A stretch of 33,968 nt of DNA, taken from the IMG/VR virus record IMGVR_UViG_3300048598_000398, positions 1 through 33,968 of that record, one strand, 5' to 3'. A model generated the notes under the pieces. The model made no database searches. It saw nothing but the letters and a program-made list of their open reading frames with translations, and was not told the origin of the DNA. A program made the position numbers and the translations under genes. Below, piece after piece: positions 8,113 through 17,399 of the stretch (position 1 is its first letter; every line of letters begins with the position of its first letter). This stretch comes from a virus. Taxonomy: Duplodnaviria > Caudoviricetes.

Positions 8113-9439
8113 AGAAATTGAGATTAACTTAGTTGCGGTTGATGAGGCAAGTAGTGTGATAGCGGATGCTTCTGACCGGATTAATGAGGGTATCGATGAG
8201 GTTTCTGCTTCCAATCAAGAGCTAGCGAGTTCTGTTAATGAGACGTTGGCGCCGTTGTCTGCAAGTGAACGGGCTCAGTTGAATGCTGCAGCTGCTGCGG
8301 TTGATTTGGTTGAAGCTGAGCAGCGTCTAAAAGATGCTACTGTTAACTTGAATGAGTCGATTAAGGAGACGGGTGTTGAGAGTGAGTCTACTGCTCAGGC
8401 TTTGCGTGAGGTAAATGACGCGCAAGAGGACGTTAATTTGCTTCAAAAAGAGGTTGCCAGCTCTACTCGTGTTAATGCTGCGTCTATGCGTGAGTTAACT
8501 GTTGGTCTTTCGGGTGTTGCTACTGCAGCTTTTAGTTTGTATAACGCTTTTGATAGGGTTTCGGATATGCAGTTGCAGGTTGATCGTGCGAATCTGCAGG
8601 TTAAGTCCTCGGCAGATGCGGTTGAGGATGCTAAACGTCGGTTAAATGCGGCTTATGCGTCGGGTGATGAGGAAAAAGTTACCGCGGCGACTAACGATTT
8701 GCGCCTTGCCCAGGAGCGTAATCAGTTGGCTACTGAGAGAGCGCAGCAGGTGCAGGATAACATGAATGAAGCCATGTTTTCGAGTGCACTGCAGGTTATT
8801 CCTACGACTATTACTATGGTTGATAGTTTGAGTCGTGCTTGGAAGAATTTCCCAGATATGACGGGTGTTCTGAAGGCTTTGGGCTCTAATGTTTCTGATG
8901 TTGGCAATAAGGCTACTTTGGCGGCTATTGGTGTTACCAGTTTTGTTGGTGGGTTTACGCTTGGGTATACTGTGATTTCGCAGTTTGGTGATGCTTTGGG
9001 TCCTGTGGGGCGGGCTTTGATGGTTGTTGTGCCGGCGATTATTGCGGCGGCTGCGGCTGTTTGGATGCTGCAGGAGGGTTTAACGCTTGGTGTTGCTACG
9101 GCGGCGTTGATTGCTTCTGGTGTTGCTGTTGGCGCGATGGTTGCGAATTTGCAAGGTTATGGTAGTGTTATTGGGTTGGCCTCGGGTGGGGTTACGCAAG
9201 GGCCAACTTATGCGCTTATTGGGGAGGCTGGTCCTGAGATTGTTATGCCTCTTGATCGGTATGAGGCGCAGAGGGCTAGCTCTGATAAATCGTCAAGTTA
9301 TCAACAACAGTTGCCGAGGGTTTTGGAGGTTAAGGTTACTCAGCAGTTTTATGGTGATATTAACAGTCCAGAATACATTGAGGAAGCTGCTCAGAAAACA
9401 GTTGACAAGTTAAACGAAAAACTGCAACAATGGAGATAA
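8102..9439 (+). CDS. Tape measure protein (likely TTG start at 8102)
   Basis: EINLVAVDEAS N-terminus, Ala-rich coiled coil, hydrophobic segments, LASGGVTQGPTYALIGEAGPEIVMPL motif. Confidence 0.9.
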   Translation: MVSEEIEINLVAVDEASSVIADASDRINEGIDEVSASNQELASSVNETLAPLSASERAQLNAAAAAVDLVEAEQRLKDATVNLNESIKETGVESESTAQALREVNDAQEDVNLLQKEVASSTRVNAASMRELTVGLSGVATAAFSLYNAFDRVSDMQLQVDRANLQVKSSADAVEDAKRRLNAAYASGDEEKVTAATNDLRLAQERNQLATERAQQVQDNMNEAMFSSALQVIPTTITMVDSLSRAWKNFPDMTGVLKALGSNVSDVGNKATLAAIGVTSFVGGFTLGYTVISQFGDALGPVGRALMVVVPAIIAAAAAVWMLQEGLTLGVATAALIASGVAVGAMVANLQGYGSVIGLASGGVTQGPTYALIGEAGPEIVMPLDRYEAQRASSDKSSSYQQQLPRVLEVKVTQQFYGDINSPEYIEEAAQKTVDKLNEKLQQWR

Positions 9440-9445
9440 AAAGCA

Positions 9446-9934
9446 ATGTCTGAAACAACAATACTTGACAACAGCAACCGGCCAGTTTATGACTATAACG
9501 GTTTATATGCTGATGGCGGTTACGGTGGAATCGGCTCGCAAATAATACTTTATACTGCAACAACTCTAACAGAACTCGTTTTTTCTCTCAGCAAAAACGG
9601 TTTACCGACTGGCCACATAGTCGCCAAAGTTTTTAACAGTTTAACAGGTAACTTTTTGGACCCAGCAGACCGGCCAGACGGAGCCGCAGTCGCAACCTCA
9701 ACAAGTACCCTCGACGTTGAAACGTTAGACGCTAACCGCGCATTGATTGTTTTTGAGTTTAACTCTGATGTGTTGCAGCCTGGCGTTTATTTTGTTTGCA
9801 TTTACAGCGAGGACCTGGGCGGAGATGGCTCTGTCGTTTATTGGTGGAGTGACCCGAGTCACCCTCAAGTAGGATACGCGACTTTCTACTGGACAAGCGA
9901 AGGACGCTGGGGTTCATGGATGGAGTGGGATTAA
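9446..9934 (+). CDS. Tail-tip beta-sandwich protein (putative carbohydrate-binding)
   Basis: Directly after the TMP; aromatic, beta-rich, LQPGVYFVCI motif. Confidence 0.55.
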   Translation: MSETTILDNSNRPVYDYNGLYADGGYGGIGSQIILYTATTLTELVFSLSKNGLPTGHIVAKVFNSLTGNFLDPADRPDGAAVATSTSTLDVETLDANRALIVFEFNSDVLQPGVYFVCIYSEDLGGDGSVVYWWSDPSHPQVGYATFYWTSEGRWGSWMEWD

Positions 9935-10369
9935 ATGGTCCTGGGCTTAATTTTTAGTTTAACCGGAATAGGCGAAGCCGCGACAGCCTGGAGCATAAAC
10001 GGTGTTGCTCTTCCGTTTGGTCCAAAAGGCGTTAAAATCTCGGGAGGAATTAACAAAGAAACGATGGAGCAAGATCAGGACGAGCCGGTTCAAGTTGTAA
10101 CTGGGTTGGCTGGAACAGTGCTCACTTTGACAGGTACAATCGCAAATGATGCGAAAACAGATGTTCAATTATGGGATGAGGTAATTACGCCGCTTTTAAA
10201 TTTGCGCGGAAAAGAAGTTGTTTTAATTTGTCCCATAACTGGGTTGTGTGGCGTTTACGTTTTGGATAATTTTGAGCCTGAACGGGATAGTTTTTACTCG
10301 ATTTATGATTACTCGATTAAGCTTAGCAAGGGTTCAAGAAACATAATATTTGAGGGGTACTGGAGCTAA
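9935..10369 (+). CDS. Distal tail (Dit)-like protein
   Basis: Position and size; LTLTGTI and YDYSIKL tube-fold-like strands. Confidence 0.55.
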   Translation: MVLGLIFSLTGIGEAATAWSINGVALPFGPKGVKISGGINKETMEQDQDEPVQVVTGLAGTVLTLTGTIANDAKTDVQLWDEVITPLLNLRGKEVVLICPITGLCGVYVLDNFEPERDSFYSIYDYSIKLSKGSRNIIFEGYWS

Positions 10370-10370
10370 A

Positions 10371-12854
10371 ATGGTTCGGAGTGGTGGCTGGGAAATTCTC
10401 TATGTAACTGAGGACAGCCCAATTCCTCAAAAATTTGAGGCTGAACTGGACCATATTTACGACACTGAAAACGAGGAGCCTCGAGGCGTTTTCAAAATAC
10501 CCAACGACGACGGGAACAGGGATTTAATTTCAAATTATTTGCCGGTTGCTTTCATTTTCGACGACACTTTTCAGTTTGACGGCATAGTGACAGCTGCGGA
10601 TTCAATCGGAAAATTTCTTAAAGTCACAGTCCAGGACGAGACTTTTGTCACGTTGTTTGAGGCGGAACCGTTAACCGGTGTTTTTGACGGTGAACCGGCA
10701 AACGAAATAATGGAGAACTTTGTTTTAGAAGGCACAGGTATAACTCTGGACTCGTGCCCTAGCACAGAAATGTTTTTTGTGTGCTACAAAGCAAACCGGC
10801 TCGACATTGCAAAGTTTATCGCTGAGGCTCTCGGACTTGAGCTAGTTCCAGGAAGTAACTTTTATTTATCCATACAGGCCAGGGAAGGCAGTTATAAGTA
10901 TATTGACTCTCAAGCAATAACGGTTAGTCGACATGGATTTGACAGAGCAAACACAGCCGGAAAAGTGATTATTCGAGGCGTCGACACTTTTGGCAGACAC
11001 ATAACCGGCGAATATGGCTCGGGTTCGCCAGTGAGAACTTTTAACGAGGACCAACCAACCGACCAACCGGCTTTAGAAGCAATGGCCGCAAAAAAATATA
11101 ATGAATACCAGGGCGTTTCCGGAGCCCCTATCTCGATAAGAATGGACGAGGTTAACAGAGTTAATTTAACTATTGGAGATTATTTAAGCCCCTATTTTCC
11201 ACGTTATTTCTTAAACGGCAACAGCTTAAAAGTTGTTGGAATCACCAAAAAGAAAACTAAAGCCGAAATTCAACTCGCAGTAAAACAGGTTACAATCGAC
11301 AAATCAATCGCGGAGCTCCGCAGCTGGGAAAAGAAAGGAATCTATCTGCCAGGCTGCACCAGTTGGAGCATTAATCTCCAGGGACTTGTCGGACTCTGGC
11401 ATCTAAACGAGGGCGAGGGAACAGTCGCCAAAGATAGCAGCCCAACATCGGAGCCAACCGACGGCACAATCACGGACGGACACTGGGAAGTTTTCTCGGC
11501 CACAGGTTTAAACATGCTCACTTTCGACGGGTCCACACAGGTTAATTTAACCAACAAATTAACGTTTCAAAACTGCGATTTTTCTATTGCTGCCTGGTTC
11601 AGTCCCTCGTCACTGGCTGCCGGGTCCAGGTACATAGTTTTAAAGTTTAACCAGTTCAGCCTTATTCAAGTAGGAACCGACGGCGTTTTAAGACTGAACA
11701 TTGTTGACGCTTTAGGCAATGGACACGATTTTGACTCTAACCCGGGATTTATTAAAGTGGGCGGAAGAATCGACGCGGTGGCCACTTACGACGGGAACTA
11801 TGTTAAACTTTACAAAAACGGCATGTTGCATAAAAGTTGGGAGTTCACAGCGCCAGGCGGCGGCCTCTACAATTCAACAAGCGACGTTATTTTAGGACCC
11901 AGCTTTGAGGGTGTAATCGCTAAACCGTCTTTGTGGTATCGAAGCCTCTTGGACCAGGAGGTGACAGAGCTCCATTTTTTTCCCCTTAATCGAGTTGTAG
12001 CTAAAGGCGGCAGTAGTGAGCCAGAGTGGATTTTGCCCCCTCAAGCGAGCGGAGTTATGGCCGTTGTTGATGGCGGAACGTCAACTCCCCCGGTTATAAC
12101 TGAGGATGCTTTTTTCTCTACAACGCCGGCAGCGACAGAGGACATTAACGAGACTCCCGAGGTTGAGACAACGCCTGGCGCGTCGCAGTCAATAAGTGAG
12201 ACTCCAACCCAGGAAACTTTAACCCCAGCGATAAGTCACATAGGCAGCAACAGCAGCACAGGCAACAATACGACAAGCAGCACTTTTTCTCTCCCGGCAA
12301 GTTGGGGAGCTGGGGACCTGGCGGTTTTTTGGTGGTACACTTACGCAAACAACAAAACGTTTGCTAAACCGGCCGCAGTAACTCAACTGCAAGACGTAAA
12401 CAACGCCAGTTATGGACACTTGTTTATAGGGTATCGTGTGCTCCAGGCTGGAGACTCGACTTTTGCCTGGACCTCGTCAAGTATTGCAAGCAGCGACGTT
12501 ATTTGGGGAGTGTCTGTTTTCAGAGGGCAACACGCCTCGCCAATAGCTGCGGAAGGTGGACCAACAGGTTTTAGTTTAAGCGGCTCTGCCAGTGTCCCCT
12601 CAATCATAGTGAACACTAACTTGTCAGCCGTGATAATTGTTTTTGGCAAAAGAAACGATTATTCGAGTATAAGCGCCCAGCAACCTTTCACGCTTGGCGG
12701 TTACAATAGCAGCACAGCCGGAAACGACGCGAGCGCTGGACTGGCCTATGTGAGAGCTTATAAAAACGTCACTTTTCAACCGCCGTCGTTTTTGCTCGGC
12801 GGTGGCGGAACTGACGGCGGTTACGGTTACACGTTGGTAATTAAGCCAGCGTAA
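10371..12854 (+). CDS. Baseplate hub (Tal-like) fused to LamG/concanavalin domain, Thr/Pro linker and C-terminal receptor-binding domain
   Basis: LVGLWHLNEGEGTVAKDSS...FDG...FSIAAWF...ATYDGNYVKLYKNG LamG signature; TP-rich linker; ATG at 10371. Confidence 0.75.
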   Translation: MVRSGGWEILYVTEDSPIPQKFEAELDHIYDTENEEPRGVFKIPNDDGNRDLISNYLPVAFIFDDTFQFDGIVTAADSIGKFLKVTVQDETFVTLFEAEPLTGVFDGEPANEIMENFVLEGTGITLDSCPSTEMFFVCYKANRLDIAKFIAEALGLELVPGSNFYLSIQAREGSYKYIDSQAITVSRHGFDRANTAGKVIIRGVDTFGRHITGEYGSGSPVRTFNEDQPTDQPALEAMAAKKYNEYQGVSGAPISIRMDEVNRVNLTIGDYLSPYFPRYFLNGNSLKVVGITKKKTKAEIQLAVKQVTIDKSIAELRSWEKKGIYLPGCTSWSINLQGLVGLWHLNEGEGTVAKDSSPTSEPTDGTITDGHWEVFSATGLNMLTFDGSTQVNLTNKLTFQNCDFSIAAWFSPSSLAAGSRYIVLKFNQFSLIQVGTDGVLRLNIVDALGNGHDFDSNPGFIKVGGRIDAVATYDGNYVKLYKNGMLHKSWEFTAPGGGLYNSTSDVILGPSFEGVIAKPSLWYRSLLDQEVTELHFFPLNRVVAKGGSSEPEWILPPQASGVMAVVDGGTSTPPVITEDAFFSTTPAATEDINETPEVETTPGASQSISETPTQETLTPAISHIGSNSSTGNNTTSSTFSLPASWGAGDLAVFWWYTYANNKTFAKPAAVTQLQDVNNASYGHLFIGYRVLQAGDSTFAWTSSSIASSDVIWGVSVFRGQHASPIAAEGGPTGFSLSGSASVPSIIVNTNLSAVIIVFGKRNDYSSISAQQPFTLGGYNSSTAGNDASAGLAYVRAYKNVTFQPPSFLLGGGGTDGGYGYTLVIKPA
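12120..12215 (+). repeat. Two 48-nt (16-aa) imperfect tandem repeats in the hub linker
   Basis: TTPAATEDINETPEVE / TTPGASQSISETPTQE. Confidence 0.6.
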
Positions 12855-12876
12855 AACAAAGAGAGGCAAAACAAAG

Positions 12877-13698
12877 ATGAGTGAAATAAGAAAAAACGAC
12901 GAACACTGGCGAGACAACCTCGTCGGCATGTCATACAACAAGAATCTTGAGCGTTCAATCCATAAAAGGCACATGCTTGAGACGTTACCTGTTAAAATGG
13001 AGATGCAAAAACAGTCTATTGATGAATTGCTTAAGCGTCAAGCACAGAAAAAGAAAGTTGATTTGCTTAAGTTACTGCCGAACATTTACGAGAGCGCCGT
13101 CGTCGCAGCGGTTAATCCTAAAAACAAAAAAATTCTTGACATCGGATTTAACACTCCAGAGGACCTTATACTCGATAATTTCGGAAAATGGCTGGCTGCT
13201 ATCATTCAAACACCGACCGCCTGGTTTGCAAATACATCTTTTGCAACTGTAACGTTGAAAGATACTGCCAACACCGACAGAGCGGTTCCAACCTATGCAA
13301 ACGCCGTTTCTTCTTACATGGCAGCTTTTAATTCTATGGCATCATCAACAACAACGTTAACGGGTACAAAGTTGCAAGTTGGTTCTGGAACAACAGCGGC
13401 GGCACGCTCTAACTATACAATTCAAACAGCTTTCGGCTCAGCTCCAGAAAATACACGTTTTCCGACTGGTCCTGGAAGTTATGCTTCTGGATACGTTGTC
13501 GTGTCTGGCTCTGTTGCGGCTGGCGGCTCTGGAACAGTTAACGAGACGGGCTTTTTCGGCACTTGGAATTATGGCACGCCAGGAACAAGCTCGGGTTATG
13601 GAGTGGCTGATTTTATGCTTTTCCATGACATTTTAGGGTCCGGCGTCGCGTTTGCAGCTGGCAACCTTTTAATGACAAGTTACTCAATTAACTTGTAA
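12877..13698 (+). CDS. Virion structural protein, tail collar/fibre-like C-terminal domain
   Basis: LQVGSGTTAA...TVNETGFFG...MLFHDI pattern; Ser/Thr/Gly-rich. Confidence 0.55.
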   Translation: MSEIRKNDEHWRDNLVGMSYNKNLERSIHKRHMLETLPVKMEMQKQSIDELLKRQAQKKKVDLLKLLPNIYESAVVAAVNPKNKKILDIGFNTPEDLILDNFGKWLAAIIQTPTAWFANTSFATVTLKDTANTDRAVPTYANAVSSYMAAFNSMASSTTTLTGTKLQVGSGTTAAARSNYTIQTAFGSAPENTRFPTGPGSYASGYVVVSGSVAAGGSGTVNETGFFGTWNYGTPGTSSGYGVADFMLFHDILGSGVAFAAGNLLMTSYSINL

Positions 13699-13720
13699 CC
13701 TTTCCTTTTTTGTTATTTTT
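13699..13720 (+). terminator. Archaeal oligo-T terminator of the structural operon
   Basis: CCTTTCCTTTTTTGTTATTTTT immediately after the stop. Confidence 0.6.
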
Positions 13721-13757
13721 GGTAGCCTGTTTGGGCTCTCAAGCCTTTTAGGGGTTG
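13718..13757 (+). promoter_or_regulatory. Late promoter element, copy 2
   Basis: 36/40 identical to 33824-33863; upstream of the membrane/terminase operon. Confidence 0.75.
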
Positions 13758-13777
13758 TTTAGGGACTTGTTTTTGGT

Positions 13778-14209
13778 GTGTTGTTGAGTAAGCAAGAGAG
13801 CAATTTAGCTGGTGTTGTTCCTGGAGATTTGATTTGTGTTGACTGGTTTGACGCTAGCATTGGCAAAAGCAGAGTAAATAGTTGTGGTGGTATTGATGTG
13901 CCGGTTAAGAGTGTTGGCATTTTTGTTTTGGTTGCCAAGAATAAGAAGCCTACTATTTTGCTTGCTCAGAACTGTTTTGAGTATGGTGACGGTTTTTTTG
14001 ATGTTGATTATACTGCTATTCCGGCTGCTTGGAATAGTGAAATTAAGGTTTTAGTTAAAGGGTTTATTTCGGCTGAGAAGGCTGCTGTTTTGGCTGAGAG
14101 TTTTATGTTGACTAAGAATCAGGTTAAGCGGTCTAGTGAGCCGCGGGCGTTGCTTCATCGTCAGCAGCATTTGCGGCATTGTTTAGGTAGGAGAAGGCGG
14201 AAGTTTTGA
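13778..14209 (+). CDS. Hypothetical viral protein (VxWxDA...S.G...IP type)
   Basis: First gene after the late promoter; GTG start. Confidence 0.65.
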   Translation: MLLSKQESNLAGVVPGDLICVDWFDASIGKSRVNSCGGIDVPVKSVGIFVLVAKNKKPTILLAQNCFEYGDGFFDVDYTAIPAAWNSEIKVLVKGFISAEKAAVLAESFMLTKNQVKRSSEPRALLHRQQHLRHCLGRRRRKF

Positions 14210-14514
14210 GCCGTTTTAAGGATTGGTTGCGTAGTTATTTTACTTTCTTGGTTGAGGTTGATGAGCCTTCGCCGTGTATTTTGGAGACGACGAGGGATAA
14301 GCCTAAGGGTAGGCCGCGGCGTAGGTCTGTTGCTCCTAGTGAGCGGTTTTTGTCTGCGTTGATTCTGCTTATGACTGCTTTGGTTGGTTTAATTTGTCTT
14401 GAAGCGGTTTGCATTGTAGCTACTGGTCAGGTGAATAGTGAGTTGCTTGCTGCGATTACTGGCTTGATTGGTGGACTTGTTACTGCGTTTGTGATGGGGA
14501 AACAACATGATTGA
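14206..14514 (+). CDS. Two-TM membrane protein (holin-like)
   Basis: Two C-terminal hydrophobic helices after a basic patch. Confidence 0.65.
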   Translation: MSRFKDWLRSYFTFLVEVDEPSPCILETTRDKPKGRPRRRSVAPSERFLSALILLMTALVGLICLEAVCIVATGQVNSELLAAITGLIGGLVTAFVMGKQHD

Positions 14515-15343
14515 CGTTTTTAGTTATGTTTTGATGGGTTCAGTTCTTGGGGCGTTAGCGTATAGTGGTTACGTGTTTTATTGGCAGCGGCGTGAGGGTG
14601 GCAGGGTTGAGTTTAAATGGTACAGCATGTTTGGCCTGCTTTTGAGTTTGGTTGTTGATTTTGTTTGTGTGCCGGTGCTTAATGTTCCGGGTGCGGTGCC
14701 CTTAGTGCTGCATGGATTGGGCAGTTGGTACGTGTTTTTGAGCAGCTTCACTTTTGCCGTGTTTTCTAATTTGTTGTTGTCTTTGCCTTTGGCCTATTTC
14801 TGTTCCAGAGCTAGCGTTAATGCTGGGCGTGGCCGGACTGGGTTTGTGGGTTTTGTTGCGCGTAGGACTGCTGATTTGGGGCAAATGCGTAATCCTGTTT
14901 CAAAGAAGAGTAAGCGTTATTGGTTGCTGGTTGGCCTTCTGTTGGCGTTGATTCCTTCGGGTTTTGTTTATGCTGCTTTCCAGTATCAACTAACGATTAG
15001 CACCCATGGCGTGATTATTTCGAGGGATTTCAACTTTTTCAGTGATCAAGCTTGCACTAACGAGGTTACGGTTATTGATTGGGGTCAAGCTGGGGCAGGT
15101 GACTTGGTTACTATGCAGTTGTACATGAAGAGTACGCTTAAGGATCCTGTTACTGCATCGCTAGCGGTTGGTAATTTTGTTCCTGCGAGTGGTCAGGCGT
15201 ATTTGGCTTGTACTTGGAATTATAATGGCGCCGCGGTAAGTTCTGGGCAGGTTGTGCCGGTTACTTTCACTTTGACGGTTGCAAACACTATCACAGGTAT
15301 ATCCTCGTTTGGTTTTGACATTCAGGTTAACGTTGCCGGCTAA
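14507..15343 (+). CDS. Multi-TM protein with C-terminal extracellular Ig-like domain
   Basis: About four TM segments, then DQACTNEVTVIDWG...WNYNG...VTFTLTV...SFGFDI. Confidence 0.7.
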   Translation: MIDVFSYVLMGSVLGALAYSGYVFYWQRREGGRVEFKWYSMFGLLLSLVVDFVCVPVLNVPGAVPLVLHGLGSWYVFLSSFTFAVFSNLLLSLPLAYFCSRASVNAGRGRTGFVGFVARRTADLGQMRNPVSKKSKRYWLLVGLLLALIPSGFVYAAFQYQLTISTHGVIISRDFNFFSDQACTNEVTVIDWGQAGAGDLVTMQLYMKSTLKDPVTASLAVGNFVPASGQAYLACTWNYNGAAVSSGQVVPVTFTLTVANTITGISSFGFDIQVNVAG

Positions 15344-15361
15344 TTGGAGGTTAAAAGTTTA

Positions 15362-15820
15362 ATGAAAGGAAAGCCATGGCCAACTGAAGATGAGCAACGC
15401 TTAAGGAAGCTCTTTGAATCGGGTAGTAAGGACTATGGTCTTTTATCAAAGACTTTTCAGGGCAAGTACAGCGAGAATGCGATCTATCAGAAGCTGCTCG
15501 ATTTAGGTCTTGTTTCAAAAGAAGAAGAAGCCCGCAAAAAACGCACTTCTTCTTCTACTTTGACTTTGAAGCGTCCTGCAGAGCTGCCAAGTGTTGAGGA
15601 TGTTTTAAAGACTTTGGCTGCTGCGCTTAAGTCGTTGGAGACTCCTGGGCTTGAGAAAAGTGATGTTCTGCGGTTGCGTGGTATCATTGCTGGTTGCAAA
15701 ATTTACAAGGAGCTTTTGGCTGACTACATGGATTATCGTGGGCTTGAAGCTGAGCTTTTGGAGTTGAGGGAGAAGTATGAAGGGTTGGCGAAAAAGACCG
15801 AGAGCTCTTCGCCCAGGTAA
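15362..15820 (+). CDS. terS: Terminase small subunit (HTH/Myb-like N-terminus)
   Basis: Directly upstream of and overlapping TerL; GGAGG then ATG at 15362. Confidence 0.65.
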   Translation: MKGKPWPTEDEQRLRKLFESGSKDYGLLSKTFQGKYSENAIYQKLLDLGLVSKEEEARKKRTSSSTLTLKRPAELPSVEDVLKTLAAALKSLETPGLEKSDVLRLRGIIAGCKIYKELLADYMDYRGLEAELLELREKYEGLAKKTESSSPR

Positions 15821-17327
15821 GTTATTTGAAGAGCGTAAGCTGCTGCAGGAGCAAGCTATTGCTGTTGAGCAGTTGCGTTTAAGTAAAGTTGAGTCTTTGA
15901 AGACTGATCCTTTAGAGTTTTTCCGGCAGGTGCTTGGGGTTGAGCCGACTGATTATCAGCGTGAATTGATTGAGCTTTTCCGTAAGAATCAGTTTACGGC
16001 GGTTCGTTGGTGTCGCCAAAGTGGTAAGAGTTTTACAACTTCTGCGATGCTGCTTAATGCTGCTTTATCGCCTGAGACTTTTGGTTTTCCTGCTGGTCAG
16101 CCGATTAGTATTGCTGTTGTTGGTCCCAGTTGGCGTCAGACTAAGCTTGTTATTCGGCGTATTGGTGATTTTGCAAGGAGGCTTCCTGTTGTCTCCAAAA
16201 TTATTCCGCAAAAAACAAAGGTTACCTGTCCAAATGGTAGCGTAATTGAGGCTTACCCGTGTAATCCTGACACTATTAGGGGTCCTACGCTTCACATCGT
16301 CTATGCTGACGAGTTTAACTTTATTCCAAATGCCGAGGACATGTACGATGCTATCCTGTTCACATTAGGTACCACTAACGGGAAATTTATCTGTACCAGC
16401 ACACCATGGAACACTGACAGTCTGTTTTGGCGGATTTGTAATCATAAGGATTTTGAGGATTTTGTTAAGCATCATGTGACTTGGGAGCGTGCCATGGAGC
16501 CTAATGGTCCATTGAAAAAGGGAATTTTGGACAAAATTCGAAAACAGATGAAAGATGATCCTTCGCGTTGGCGCCGCGAGATGGACGCTGAGTGGGCTGA
16601 GGATGAAAATGTTTGGTTGAGTCAGAGTTTGATCGCTAGCTGTATTGGTACGATTAAGAATTTGCCGGATGTTGTGGATCCTGAGGTTGGGGCTTTGCGG
16701 CTCTATAATCCGGAGGCTGCTTATGAGGGTGAGTTTTATGCTGGATTGGACCTTGCGCAGACTAAGGATTATTGTGTATTTTTTGTTTTAGAGCTGGTTG
16801 GTCAGCGGCTACTGCTTAGGCATGTAAAGATTTTTCCTCATCCAACTTATGACTCTACGGTTTTAGGTTACATTAAGGAACTGCAGGATCGTTGGGGGGG
16901 TTTTCGCAAAATCCGCGTTGACATTACGAGGGATGGTCCAAGCTACATTAAGGACATGGAGGATGCCGGTATTGATAACGCTGAGGGCGTTATTTTTAGT
17001 GTGCCGCGGAAGAATGAGATGTTTAGTTTGCTTAAGAAGCGTATGCAGGATGGACGCTTTTTCTATCCTAATGTGACTTTTGAGAAGCCTTACCGCGGCG
17101 ATATTTGCAATGAGCTTAATGTTGAGCGGTTTGCGCTTCGGGCTGATGGTGGGCTAGCGTTTAGTCATCCGCAGGGAACTCATGATGACGTGTTTTGTGC
17201 AGCTGCGTTGGCGGTGTATGCTACTTGTGAGATGTCGCCGGAGCCGTTTTTGGCGGTTGTGCCGAGGATTGCAAGGTGGAGGTTTTCGCAGTTTAAGCGG
17301 CAGTTGGTTAGGCGTCGTTCATTTTAA
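15777..17327 (+). CDS. terL: Terminase large subunit
   Basis: Walker A RQSGKS, Walker B VYADE, STP coupling motif, nuclease GLDLA and HDD. Confidence 0.95.
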   Translation: MKGWRKRPRALRPGKLFEERKLLQEQAIAVEQLRLSKVESLKTDPLEFFRQVLGVEPTDYQRELIELFRKNQFTAVRWCRQSGKSFTTSAMLLNAALSPETFGFPAGQPISIAVVGPSWRQTKLVIRRIGDFARRLPVVSKIIPQKTKVTCPNGSVIEAYPCNPDTIRGPTLHIVYADEFNFIPNAEDMYDAILFTLGTTNGKFICTSTPWNTDSLFWRICNHKDFEDFVKHHVTWERAMEPNGPLKKGILDKIRKQMKDDPSRWRREMDAEWAEDENVWLSQSLIASCIGTIKNLPDVVDPEVGALRLYNPEAAYEGEFYAGLDLAQTKDYCVFFVLELVGQRLLLRHVKIFPHPTYDSTVLGYIKELQDRWGGFRKIRVDITRDGPSYIKDMEDAGIDNAEGVIFSVPRKNEMFSLLKKRMQDGRFFYPNVTFEKPYRGDICNELNVERFALRADGGLAFSHPQGTHDDVFCAAALAVYATCEMSPEPFLAVVPRIARWRFSQFKRQLVRRRSF

Positions 17328-17399
17328 CCGACGTCTCTATTGCCGGTTTTGGTTGTTTGGCCAGTGTCTTTAAACATGTTGGGTTTGCTGTTTTGGTTT

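Noticed and set aside
10371-13698. Diversity-generating retroelement targeting the tail tip
   Set aside because: No reverse transcriptase and no TR/VR repeat pair seen.
15343-15344. Zero-gap junction between the membrane gene and TerS at TTG 15344
   Set aside because: The GGAGG at 15346 supports ATG 15362 as the real start.
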